Of a stretch of 61,038 nt of DNA, positions 19,136 to 28,652 are shown in pieces. Within the stretch, counting starts at the first letter, position 1. Each line of letters opens with the position of its first letter. Below the pieces are notes generated by a model, which did no database searches, was not told the origin of the DNA, and saw only the letters and a list, made by a program, of their open reading frames with translations. Origin of the DNA: a candidate division WWE3 bacterium (GTDB lineage: Bacteria > Patescibacteriota > WWE3 > UBA101185 > UBA10185); NCBI GenBank assembly GCA_945897985.1, contig CAMDGN010000001.1, positions 1 to 61,038 of the forward strand, written 5' to 3'. The translations under genes were made by a program, and so were the position numbers.

Positions 19136-20104
19136 TTATTCTTCAAAGGGAAGAAAGGTTGCAGTTGGAATTTTTTCTTCGACTTCTTTTTTGGATAGAA
19201 TTCCGTTGATGGCACCAACCTCTGTTAAACAGTAGGCGGAGTTAACGGTTCCCCAAATTAAAGCCTCTTTCATCGATTTGTTATAGAAGATAGCTGCCAA
19301 AAATCCAGCTGAATGTGAATCTCCTGCACCAGTTTTATCTCTTATTTCAAGTTTTTCGTTAAGAACTCCAAGTTGAGTTAGTTCGCCGTTTGAAAAACAA
19401 CTAGAGCCGTTTTTTCCGTTAGTAATAACACTCATTTTGACTCCTCTTTTTTCTAATTCTTCGTGTTGTTCCTTAGTGGTGTTTTTGTTAGTTATATAAA
19501 AAGCTTCTTCTTTGTTTACAAATAAGATGTCACAGACTTCCAAAAATTTGTTAAGCTTTTGAGGCCCTAATTTCATCTGAGTTGATCCTGGATTAAATGA
19601 AACCATAATATCTCGGTTTGATTTTAGGTATTCAATTAATTTATCCATATAACTTTCAAAATTCCCGGCTTGAGAGGAGTAATGAATCATCTTCGGTTTG
19701 GTGGGCCAGTTTTTTAATTCGTAGTTATATTTTTCGTGGTATGTAAGAATTGTTCTTTCATCTTGAAAAAAGATTATTTGGTGAACATTAGTAATTTTAT
19801 CTTCGTTAAGTCTAGTATATGTTGTATCAACTCCTCTTTTATTGAGTTCTGAGATGATTTGGTTTCCAAACGCATCAAAGCCTATTTCTGAATCAAGAGA
19901 AACTTTAAGGCCTAATTTTGCAAGCCCTACGCCGGTATTAATAGAGTTTCCAGCAATTGTGGTTTTATACTCTGATACAGAAATTTTGGATCCAAATGGA
20001 AAAGATATTTTGCAGTTTATCTCGTCTTTTGAACAAGAGATTTCTGCTTCGTCGATTTTTAAAAATTCATCAATTGTGGAGTCACCAATCATTAAAATAT
20101 CCAT
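19136..20104 (-). CDS. PfkB/ribokinase-family carbohydrate kinase
   Basis: GNSIN, NKEEA, DKTGAGDS. Confidence 0.9.
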   Translation of the reverse strand: MDILMIGDSTIDEFLKIDEAEISCSKDEINCKISFPFGSKISVSEYKTTIAGNSINTGVGLAKLGLKVSLDSEIGFDAFGNQIISELNKRGVDTTYTRLNEDKITNVHQIIFFQDERTILTYHEKYNYELKNWPTKPKMIHYSSQAGNFESYMDKLIEYLKSNRDIMVSFNPGSTQMKLGPQKLNKFLEVCDILFVNKEEAFYITNKNTTKEQHEELEKRGVKMSVITNGKNGSSCFSNGELTQLGVLNEKLEIRDKTGAGDSHSAGFLAAIFYNKSMKEALIWGTVNSAYCLTEVGAINGILSKKEVEEKIPTATFLPFEE

Positions 20105-20105
20105 A

Positions 20106-21080
20106 TTATTTTTGCCTCTCTAGAAATTGTAATATTTTTTTAGTTATTTGTTTGGAGGAGATTCCATATTTTTCGTATAAATCTTTTGGATCCCCACTTT
20201 CTCCAAACGTGTCACTGATTCCTATTAATTTCACCGGATAATTTTCCTCAGCCAATGCCTCCAGAACTGCTGAACCAACACCCCCATGAATTTGATGCTC
20301 TTCGATCACAACACCTTTTTTAGTTTTGGAGAGGGATCTGACTAAAGCTTCTTTATCTATTGGTTTTATAAATGGTAAATTAATTAATTCGATTGAAATT
20401 CCTTTTTCGTTTTCAATTTCGCTAACCGCATTTAAGGCTTCAAAAAAAATTGGTCCTGATACTATAACAGTTAAATCTATACCTTCAGTTATTAATTGAG
20501 CTTTCCCAAACTCCAGGGGAGTATTAGCTGCTGTTATTTGAGGAAGTTTTTCTCTATATGACCTGATGTAAACGGGACCCTCGTAATTAATTGCCAGATC
20601 AACAGCTTTAACCATTTGCTCGTAATCAACGGGATTAATAATTATTAAATTAGGTAAAACTCTTGTAATCGCAATGTCTTCTAAGGCTTGGTGAGTGGCG
20701 CCATCTTGCCCAGTCAGAAGCCCTGCATGATGTCCTATAATTTTCACATTTGAGTTTGAGTAACAGATTGAAACTCTAACTTGATCCCAATTTCTACCTG
20801 GAGAAAAAACTGCAAAAGAGTTGATAACTGTTATATTTCCGCAACTAGCTAAGCCCGCAGCTACGCCTGCCATATTTTGTTCGGCAACTCCTATTTCAAT
20901 AAATTGTTTGGGAAATTTTTTAGCAAATTCTTCGACTCTGGTTGATTCTCTAAGATCCGCACAAAGAACAATTAGGTTTGGATACTCTTCTCCGTTTTTA
21001 AGCAAAGAAAATCCTGCCCCGTCTCGGATAGATTTTTTGTTAATTAAATCTAAGTTTAGATTGAGGGCAGGATTTAGCAT
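20106..21080 (-). CDS. Transketolase, C-terminal subunit
   Basis: GVAEQNM, DGATHQALED, EEH. Confidence 0.93.
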   Translation of the reverse strand: MLNPALNLNLDLINKKSIRDGAGFSLLKNGEEYPNLIVLCADLRESTRVEEFAKKFPKQFIEIGVAEQNMAGVAAGLASCGNITVINSFAVFSPGRNWDQVRVSICYSNSNVKIIGHHAGLLTGQDGATHQALEDIAITRVLPNLIIINPVDYEQMVKAVDLAINYEGPVYIRSYREKLPQITAANTPLEFGKAQLITEGIDLTVIVSGPIFFEALNAVSEIENEKGISIELINLPFIKPIDKEALVRSLSKTKKGVVIEEHQIHGGVGSAVLEALAEENYPVKLIGISDTFGESGDPKDLYEKYGISSKQITKKILQFLERQK

Positions 21081-21088
21081 TTTAACAG

Positions 21089-21610
21089 TTATTTACACTC
21101 AACAGTTTTTTCTTCTTTGTCGAATGAAACATCCCCGTTATTTTTTTCTAAGATAACCATATCGATCGCAATGTTTGATTCTTCTGGGTTTTGACAAGTT
21201 TCACCAGGTTTTGAAAGTTGAATCACAGCATCAAGTTTGTTCTGTTCTGTGTTTTTCAAAATTGATTTTACTTTAATTGAGAATCCTTTAGTATCATTTG
21301 TATTTGTTGTAACTACAAGCAATCTATTTTTTGTAAAATCAACGCTTGGCATTTTGATTTTGTTTGCATCATCAACAATATTTTTTACTAAATTATCAAA
21401 TTCTTCTTTTGAGTTAATGATAGCTCTTTGTTTTTCAATTTTTTTGGTTGAAGCAATTACTGCCGGGAAGCCCTCAATTCTAGTCATTGCGTAAGGGTAT
21501 GGTTTGAAGAAATCTAAAATATTTTCTTTCATTAAAACAACTCCTAGAACAACAACAAGTACGACTATAATTACTGCAGGTATTAAAAGATTTGATTTAT
21601 TTTTTTTCAT
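21089..21610 (-). CDS. Membrane-anchored protein with PrcB C-terminal-like domain
   Basis: TM, then PSVDF...GFSIKV...KPGETC pattern. Confidence 0.55.
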   Translation of the reverse strand: MKKNKSNLLIPAVIIVVLVVVLGVVLMKENILDFFKPYPYAMTRIEGFPAVIASTKKIEKQRAIINSKEEFDNLVKNIVDDANKIKMPSVDFTKNRLLVVTTNTNDTKGFSIKVKSILKNTEQNKLDAVIQLSKPGETCQNPEESNIAIDMVILEKNNGDVSFDKEEKTVECK

Positions 21611-22442
21611 TTTTGTAATTCTTTTCTAGAGATTCGATAGCAAGCTTTGCTTCTGACTCTGATGGTGGTTTTCCATGCCACTCAAATTTATACTCCATAA
21701 AATCTACGCCAAAACCTGGAATAGTATTGGCAATAATGACTACTGGTTTACTTATTATAGTCACAGATTTGGAAATTGCCAAATAAATTTCTTCCATATT
21801 ATTTCCGTCAATCTCAAGTACGTACCACCCAAAACTTTCAAATTTTTCATTTAAAGGATCTAGGTCTAGTATCTCCTGAGTTTTACCTGATATTTGAATA
21901 TTGTTCTTATCGATTATTAAAATTAATCCTGGAATTTTTCTAGCGCCGGCCAGCATAATTGCTTCCCAGGATTGTCCTTCATTTAATTCTCCATCACTTC
22001 CTAAAATAAATGTTTTGTATTTGTAATTTGTTATTTGTGCATTCATTGCAACCCCAACTCCAAAAGAAATTCCTTGACCTAAAGGTCCTGATGAATTTTC
22101 TACTCCTGGTAAAGAAGTATTGTGCGGATGACCCTGGAGTCTTGAATCAATTTGTCTAAAAGTAAGCAATTCTTCCTCAGGAAAAAAACCTTTTTTAGAC
22201 ATGGAGGCATATAAAACAGGGCAAATGTGCCCATTAGATAGAATTAGTCGGTCTCGGTTAAGTTCGTAAGGATTTTTAGGGTTTATATTTAGAAATTTAA
22301 AGTAAAGTGCTGCAAAAATATCTGCCATTCCTAGAGAACCTGCTGCATGACCAGATTTAGCATGGGTTAGCATTTTGATAACGGATTTTCGTAACTCGAA
22401 AGAAATTTCTTTGAGCTTTGTAATTTCTTCAACTGAAGTCAT
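21597..22442 (-). CDS. Transketolase, N-terminal subunit
   Basis: SGHAAGSL, LSNGH, LQGHP, GPLGQG, SDGELNEG, WHG. Confidence 0.94.
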   Translation of the reverse strand: MTSVEEITKLKEISFELRKSVIKMLTHAKSGHAAGSLGMADIFAALYFKFLNINPKNPYELNRDRLILSNGHICPVLYASMSKKGFFPEEELLTFRQIDSRLQGHPHNTSLPGVENSSGPLGQGISFGVGVAMNAQITNYKYKTFILGSDGELNEGQSWEAIMLAGARKIPGLILIIDKNNIQISGKTQEILDLDPLNEKFESFGWYVLEIDGNNMEEIYLAISKSVTIISKPVVIIANTIPGFGVDFMEYKFEWHGKPPSESEAKLAIESLEKNYKNEKK

Positions 22443-23644
22443 TAAAACAATTTGGAGTTACCGTTGTTTTTTTCGGTTATTCCTAGTCTATCTAAATACT
22501 CCAAAACTTCCTCTGGGGTTGTTACAACTTTAAACAAATCGGTTTCGTGATTTACTATATGTAAATTTTTAGTTAAGACGTTAAGAATTTCATTCCAAAA
22601 ATCTCCATAAAGTAGAATTGGTTTGGAATCTGGTTCGTGAATCCAAGATGAGACCCAAGTCATTCCAAGTTCTGATAGCGTTCCAATACTTCCTTTAAAA
22701 ATAATGTGAATATCTGTGGTTTGAAGCATTACTTTGGTTCTATCAAAATAATCTAAAGTAATAATTTCATCGTCATATGTATTTTCTAAATCAATCCCTT
22801 CATAATGGATCTTAGCTTTACCTGGGTGGTATGTAATAACTTGGGCATATTTTCCTGCAGCTTGGGCGCCAAGGGTTGCAGCTCTCATCACACCTGGTCC
22901 ACCACCGTTCACAACCACATATCCCTTTTCTGCAATCAATCTCGCAACCTCAAACGCATCCTTAAATGGCTGGTCTTGGGGAAACCAGGCTGAGCCTCCT
23001 AAAAATGCAACCTTAATTTTTTTATTAATTTTCATCAATCTTTCATTGAAATATTGTAATTTTTTGGTTGGGTTTGGGTCTTTGAAAATAGCTGACCCTA
23101 TTCCTAAATTATTTATTTTTTCGGTAACCAGTCTATGAAGATTTTCCTCATTAACTCCCCCATCAATTTGAATTGAAAGTTGCGGATATTTTTTATGGAA
23201 ATCTATTGCTTCGTGAAGCGGTTTTTCAAGTAACTCTTGTCCCTGGTAACCTGGGTTAACTGTAAGAAATTGTACATAGTTTACCAAATGGGAGTATTTT
23301 TCTATTTCTGAAACCGGTGTTTCAGGATTTTTGCAAATACCAACATTTTTAGTTCTTTTAAGCATTTGCATAATAGCTTTCTCAGCATTTTTTGATTCAA
23401 CATGGATAATAATTGAATCATTAGGTTTTAAAGGTATATCGATAAATTGAAGTGGGTTAGTTACCATTAAATGATACTCAACTCTAGCTTTGGTAGAGAT
23501 TTTCTCAAGGTCAAGGAAAGTTTCAGCTGATGTAAAAACCCCATCGCAAACATCAATTTGAACTTTATCGGCGTGGTTCTCAACCAAGGCAAGTTTTTTT
23601 TGAATATCTTTTAAATTTTCTTCTAAAATGGCAGGTATTATCAT
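22442..23644 (-). CDS. Fusion of ribulose-phosphate 3-epimerase (N-term) and LOG-family phosphoribohydrolase (C-term)
   Basis: QIDVCDG, HLMV, TVNPGYQGQ, IDGGVN; then VAFLGGS, NGGGPGVMRA, YFDRTK, KGSIGTLSE. Confidence 0.85.
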   Translation of the reverse strand: MIIPAILEENLKDIQKKLALVENHADKVQIDVCDGVFTSAETFLDLEKISTKARVEYHLMVTNPLQFIDIPLKPNDSIIIHVESKNAEKAIMQMLKRTKNVGICKNPETPVSEIEKYSHLVNYVQFLTVNPGYQGQELLEKPLHEAIDFHKKYPQLSIQIDGGVNEENLHRLVTEKINNLGIGSAIFKDPNPTKKLQYFNERLMKINKKIKVAFLGGSAWFPQDQPFKDAFEVARLIAEKGYVVVNGGGPGVMRAATLGAQAAGKYAQVITYHPGKAKIHYEGIDLENTYDDEIITLDYFDRTKVMLQTTDIHIIFKGSIGTLSELGMTWVSSWIHEPDSKPILLYGDFWNEILNVLTKNLHIVNHETDLFKVVTTPEEVLEYLDRLGITEKNNGNSKLF

Positions 23645-23651
23645 TTTTATT

Positions 23652-24095
23652 TTAGATTGAACTATTTTCTATTATAGATACTTTTTCGATTCTTCTCAAA
23701 TGTCTTTCTTGTGGTTCAAAACTTAATTCTGAAAAAGTTTTAATAATTTTCATAACTTCGTCTTCACTCAGAAATTCAGCCGGAATACAGATTACATTAA
23801 TATTATCATCACTAATTAAACTCTTCGTATGTTCAACTGAGAAAGTTAAAGCTGACCTAATTTTTTTAAATTTATTCGCCGCAATGCAAACCCCACCCCC
23901 GTTATGACAGATTAAAATTCCTTTATTTTCATTTATATTTTTGTATAAATTTTTAACTAGAATGTAAACGTAATCTGGGTAATCATCCTCTTTAATGAAT
24001 TCTTTTGGACCCAAGTCCTTAATGTCTTTGAATTTAGCTGTGACTTTATTTTTCAAATCAAATCCAGCATGGTCTGAGGCAATAAATAAGTTCAT
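23652..24095 (-). CDS. rpiB: Ribose-5-phosphate isomerase B
   Basis: SDHAG, DYPD, LICHNGGG..IAANK, RHLRR. Confidence 0.92.
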   Translation of the reverse strand: MNLFIASDHAGFDLKNKVTAKFKDIKDLGPKEFIKEDDYPDYVYILVKNLYKNINENKGILICHNGGGVCIAANKFKKIRSALTFSVEHTKSLISDDNINVICIPAEFLSEDEVMKIIKTFSELSFEPQERHLRRIEKVSIIENSSI

Positions 24096-24703
24096 AAATT
24101 AGTTTTTAATCTAAATATTTTGAAACCTCCGTAGATTATAAAGATTAAACTGACTAAACTTAGAAATCCTAGGTAGTTACCTTTTGTATACTCGATGAAA
24201 AATCTAATAGCACCGTAGTTTAGAAAGAACAGTGCTGTTATAACCCCATCTTTTTTATTTATTTTAGAGGCAATCAGGAGAATTCCGAAATTAACTAAAT
24301 TTAATCCCATTTCATAAAAAGAATAGGGAAGCAGCTCTTTGTTAGTTATATTTCCAATTCTTCCAACAAACTGAGCGATTGGAATAACTAAGAAGATTCG
24401 ATCGGTTAGGTGATAGAACCTGGCTTTGTAAATTATGGATAAAATCATTATTGTGAAATAACCAAACACAATAGCTCCAAGAACTGAAAACCCGTATGAA
24501 GAGAAGATTAGGTTTGGTGTGACTGAATAGAACATGTAATTTTCAAAAACATGAAAAATCTTGGCCCCGATTAAACTGAATATAACAGTATAAAAAACTA
24601 GTTGCCAGAAAAAGTCGTGGTCAACAATGTGATGAACTAGTTTTTTTGCAATGTAAATTAAAAGACAGACAGCTAAAACAACAAAAAAGGAATAGTAATT
24701 CAT
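24092..24703 (-). CDS. lgt: Prolipoprotein diacylglyceryl transferase (short, divergent)
   Basis: GRIGN, YE, RFFIEY motifs; multi-TM. Confidence 0.78.
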   Translation of the reverse strand: MNYYSFFVVLAVCLLIYIAKKLVHHIVDHDFFWQLVFYTVIFSLIGAKIFHVFENYMFYSVTPNLIFSSYGFSVLGAIVFGYFTIMILSIIYKARFYHLTDRIFLVIPIAQFVGRIGNITNKELLPYSFYEMGLNLVNFGILLIASKINKKDGVITALFFLNYGAIRFFIEYTKGNYLGFLSLVSLIFIIYGGFKIFRLKTNL

Positions 24704-25251
24704 TTGAATGAGTAGATGGCAAGGCCAATTGAGGAAATAATTACTAAATTATAGATAATTATAAAAAATGTTCCTGGAGTTTTTTTAAGAATCCAGAACC
24801 AATCATTGGCATGTCCTTGGAAGTAAAAATAAAAAAATCTAAACACAGAATTTAATTGGATTGATATCACTAACGCTTTAAAGAATATTGAAACATCGGA
24901 TCTAACTAAAAATATTGAGAAAAAAATTAAGGAGATTTGAAATAGAGCGCTATTTAAAGTTTTATTTTCAACTTGATCACTATGAAAAATAATATAATTA
25001 AATGCACCTGTGTAGTCTTTGCTTTTGATGTAATCCTTTAGCATTCCAGAAAACTGATCGGCTGGTTCTAGAACATAGGTATGTAGAAAATAATCTAAAT
25101 CAAGGAAAAATGTTCCAAGCAGTGATCCTAAGATAAGTAAAATTAAGTCTACAGTGTCTCCTTTATAAATTTGAGTTACTAATACTACCGCTAAGGAAAT
25201 GCTGAGAATAAAGGGGATTCGATAATATTTAAATAGGTTAGTTTTGTTCAT
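24700..25251 (-). CDS. Hypothetical membrane protein
   Basis: Several TMs, LDLDY motif. Confidence 0.6.
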   Translation of the reverse strand: MNKTNLFKYYRIPFILSISLAVVLVTQIYKGDTVDLILLILGSLLGTFFLDLDYFLHTYVLEPADQFSGMLKDYIKSKDYTGAFNYIIFHSDQVENKTLNSALFQISLIFFSIFLVRSDVSIFFKALVISIQLNSVFRFFYFYFQGHANDWFWILKKTPGTFFIIIYNLVIISSIGLAIYSFK

Positions 25252-25510
25252 TCTTCTTTTTCTTTAATTCTGTTAGTTTCCACATAAATATTTTTCCTTT
25301 TGTAAGACTTCTTTCGTTGGATAGGGCAAAAAGCCTGGCTTCTTCTAAAATATTTCTATCAGTTGATTTAGCAAGTTTGATATACAAAGCGCGTTTAGTT
25401 GGATCTACAAGCTCATCAGCCAATCTATTGCCATAGGCTTGATACTCGTATTGATTTCTATGGTCCTTCTTAACATTTATTTTGGTTGCAATTTCCGAGA
25501 TTGACTTCAT
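25238..25510 (-). CDS. Small hypothetical protein
   Basis: Intact ORF overlapping both neighbours. Confidence 0.65.
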   Translation of the reverse strand: MKSISEIATKINVKKDHRNQYEYQAYGNRLADELVDPTKRALYIKLAKSTDRNILEEARLFALSNERSLTKGKIFMWKLTELKKKKNEQN

Positions 25511-25848
25511 TTACCAGCTTCCTCTCGGGCTAGATCGCCAACAATTGGTAATTTAATTTCTTTATTGTTGTAAGCGGTGTAAATCAAATAAATCCAGATT
25601 AAAAAGAAAGCTGTTGTAGAGAACTGGACTATGTAAGTTCCAATCAGAGGAATGTAATTAACAATTCCAATAAAAATTAAAAAGAAAGTTGAAAAATAAA
25701 TTGATTGAAGCGCATGAAATCTAACAAACTTATTATTTTTTTCAGATTGCAAAATTAAAAGACCCGAGATAAAAAATAGAAAGTAAGCATTGGCAGCCTC
25801 TACATTAGGTTTCATATGGTAATTTTTTTGAGCAGTTTCGGCAGGCAT
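25507..25848 (-). CDS. DUF4870/Tic20-like membrane protein
   Basis: FVRFHALQS...KLPIVG. Confidence 0.8.
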   Translation of the reverse strand: MPAETAQKNYHMKPNVEAANAYFLFFISGLLILQSEKNNKFVRFHALQSIYFSTFFLIFIGIVNYIPLIGTYIVQFSTTAFFLIWIYLIYTAYNNKEIKLPIVGDLAREEAGK

Positions 25849-25862
25849 ATTTCTATTATATT

Positions 25863-27605
25863 TTATTTGCTTTTAAGTTGGTATATATCTTTTATTTCCT
25901 CTAAAGATGTTGAATCTATTGGTCCTTTATCTTCTCTAAAATTCATAAGTCTTGGGAATCTAAGAGCCAGCCCCGCTGTATGAATCGGTGATTTACTAAT
26001 TTCATCTGCTCTTACTGTAACAACAATTTTGGGTTTTACCCAGATATCAGGATACATATCTTTTTCGACGTCAAAATCTTTTGGTTTTTCTTTAGTTTTA
26101 ATTTCATCACAGTCTTTTTTGATTTTCACCCATTCCTCGTCTGTAAGCCCCGATCCAACCTTAGAAATAGTTTTATAGGTATTGGTTTCGGAATCAAAGA
26201 TTCCAACTAAAAATCCACCAATTCCAAATTCAGATCTAGACCCTTTTCCATAAAAATATCCCATTACAACAACGTCAAGAGTATCCGCGACTTCATCTTT
26301 TTCATTTCTTTTAAATTTAATCCAAGAAAAAGCTCTGGCCCCAGCTTCATAATTTGAATCAGGTTTTTTAGCCATAATTCCTTCTAATTTTCTTCTTTTA
26401 GCTTCGTTGAAGAAGTCCTCAACTTCTAAAGGATCGCTGGTTTCGATATGAGAATCAATTTCAATATTTCCACCCTTTTTAACAATTTGATTAAGTATCT
26501 TTCTTCTTTCAAGAAGTGGTAGGTTTAAAGTTTCTTTTCCGTTGAGATAAAGAATATCGAAAACAAGGTACTTTAATGGAATTTGTAAGGCCATTTCAGC
26601 TACATTATGCTTTCTTTTTCTTTGAATAGTTTCTTGAAAGGGAAGATACTCCCCAGTTTCTCTATTAAATCCAATTGCTTCTCCATCTAAAATCACTGAT
26701 TCAACATCAAGCTGATTTATTGCGTCTTCAATAATGTCTGGATATTGATGAGTCGTCTCTTCAAGGTTTCGTGTAAAAGTTTTTACAAGGAATTCCTCTT
26801 TTGCTCCAAATAAATTTTCGGAAGTTTTTTTGTTTGATTTATCAAGATGTAGTTGTACCCGTGTTCCATCAAATTTAAATTCGCACCATACTTTACCCAT
26901 TTTTTCGATAATTTCTTCTGGAGAGGAAAGTCTTTGAGCCTTTTGAGGATTTACAGGAACTCCTGGAGTAATTTTAATCTTATTAATTCCTTCAATCCCA
27001 TGCTCTTTAATTTGTTCGGCAATGTGTCCTATATCGGGATGTCGGTTAAAGGCGTCCTCGATTTGTTGCTTTAGTTTTTTGTCATTTAAAAATTTACACA
27101 ATCCATCAACAATTGTTAGTTCTGTAAATCCGAGTCTATTGTTTCCTAATATAATTCTAACTATGAATTTATTTGATAATGGGTCAAGTTCGTTAAGTAG
27201 GTTTAGAATCTTTTGGGATTTTTTATCCTGTGAACCAGTACCCTCAATCTCTGCAATTTCTACAAGTTTATTGTACGCTTCGGTAAGTGAGAGGTTGGAA
27301 GATTTTTCTTTTGAGAGAGTCAAGGTTACAGAACCAAGGTCACCTTCTTTAGAATAGATTTGATTTATTTTTTCAACTTCTTCGCCTGAAAACATTGCTA
27401 AAGTTTTTACCATTTGCTTATCAGCAAAATTAAATTTTAAATCTGCAAACGGGGCTTTAAGAGTTCCAAGTGATAGGTAAATTCCATTTTTAATTTCTGA
27501 AGGTGAAAGTTCTTTAATCATCTCAGCTAGAATATCGGTCATCTCTAGTCTTTTTGAGGTTGAATCTAGTTTATCTAAGAATTGACTAAATTTATTAAAA
27601 TTCAT
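25863..27605 (-). CDS. ATP-dependent DNA ligase (archaeal/eukaryal Lig1 architecture)
   Basis: N-terminal DNA-binding domain, EFKFDGTRVQLH, EGIMAK, WIKFK, LRFPR. Confidence 0.95.
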   Translation of the reverse strand: MNFNKFSQFLDKLDSTSKRLEMTDILAEMIKELSPSEIKNGIYLSLGTLKAPFADLKFNFADKQMVKTLAMFSGEEVEKINQIYSKEGDLGSVTLTLSKEKSSNLSLTEAYNKLVEIAEIEGTGSQDKKSQKILNLLNELDPLSNKFIVRIILGNNRLGFTELTIVDGLCKFLNDKKLKQQIEDAFNRHPDIGHIAEQIKEHGIEGINKIKITPGVPVNPQKAQRLSSPEEIIEKMGKVWCEFKFDGTRVQLHLDKSNKKTSENLFGAKEEFLVKTFTRNLEETTHQYPDIIEDAINQLDVESVILDGEAIGFNRETGEYLPFQETIQRKRKHNVAEMALQIPLKYLVFDILYLNGKETLNLPLLERRKILNQIVKKGGNIEIDSHIETSDPLEVEDFFNEAKRRKLEGIMAKKPDSNYEAGARAFSWIKFKRNEKDEVADTLDVVVMGYFYGKGSRSEFGIGGFLVGIFDSETNTYKTISKVGSGLTDEEWVKIKKDCDEIKTKEKPKDFDVEKDMYPDIWVKPKIVVTVRADEISKSPIHTAGLALRFPRLMNFREDKGPIDSTSLEEIKDIYQLKSK

Positions 27606-27617
27606 AATTTGATTATA

Positions 27618-28592
27618 TCAATGCTTTAGCTCATATTTTGAAGATTTAGTTTTACCAGTTTTAACAACTAGATCTAAATCCCCAAGAACTCTCAGATCTC
27701 TAAGAATTGAATCTTCGGATATATCTGGAAATAATAGTGAAAATTGGGAGTTTTGGATAAATTTATAGTCAAGTAGGTACTGATAAATTCTTTGTTGTCT
27801 TAGCGTAAGCTTTTCTGCATTTGGAATGCTTTGTTGCTTAGATTGTTTTTCAAGAAGTTCGTATTTTTCTTTTAATATTTGTATCTGAAATAAAATGTTC
27901 TCAAGATAAAAATCCAGCCACTCGGTGTAATCCTCAGTTTTTTTAATGTATTCAATCGCGTCGTTGAATTTAAATCTTTGAAGATTGAAGTTTTCTTGAT
28001 AGGGTATTATCTCAACAATGTCAAAATTATTTGAAATTAGAAACATTTCTGAAATTAAATTTGAAGTAAGGGATGAAAGTTTTTCATAAGGGTGTGCAAT
28101 TTCTAATTCAGCTAGAAGTATTCCTGAGACAATTAGCGGGTGGGTATTTTTTGCATCATCTGAATTCAACCACTCAGTTATTAGAGAGATTTTGGCCAGA
28201 ATTTCTTCAGGTAGAAGTTTATTTGGAATTTTCTTAACTCTAAAGGCTACATCGTTATCAGTAATTTTTTCGCTAAGGTTTTTGAATTTTTTATCCCACC
28301 CTAATTTCATCTTAGATAATTGGTCCAGGTTGCTTACAACTTCAATTATTTTTAAAATCTCATCGTCAAGATGGGGTGAAATGGAGTCAAAATGTTTTTT
28401 TATATCGGTCAGATTAACATCGTAATCTTCTAAGAGCAGTAGGTTATAAACCTTCTTTTCTTTCGATTCTTTTTTAAGTGAATTTCTAGAGAAAGGTAGT
28501 ACAAAAGTGTTTTCAATATAGCCTCGGGACCTTTCAATTTCTGAGATATTTTTTAAAATTCTATTGGTGATCGTATAATCAGGAAGTAGCAT
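27618..28592 (-). CDS. Fic-family protein with C-terminal wHTH and degenerate Fic motif
   Basis: HPYEKLSSLTS in place of HPFxDGNGR; DSILRDL...GKTKSSKY tail. Confidence 0.7.
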   Translation of the reverse strand: MLLPDYTITNRILKNISEIERSRGYIENTFVLPFSRNSLKKESKEKKVYNLLLLEDYDVNLTDIKKHFDSISPHLDDEILKIIEVVSNLDQLSKMKLGWDKKFKNLSEKITDNDVAFRVKKIPNKLLPEEILAKISLITEWLNSDDAKNTHPLIVSGILLAELEIAHPYEKLSSLTSNLISEMFLISNNFDIVEIIPYQENFNLQRFKFNDAIEYIKKTEDYTEWLDFYLENILFQIQILKEKYELLEKQSKQQSIPNAEKLTLRQQRIYQYLLDYKFIQNSQFSLLFPDISEDSILRDLRVLGDLDLVVKTGKTKSSKYELKH

Positions 28593-28652
28593 TTTATTAT
28601 TATAAATTATTTTCGCACATTTAACGCAAAATTACTAAAAAATACTGTTAAT

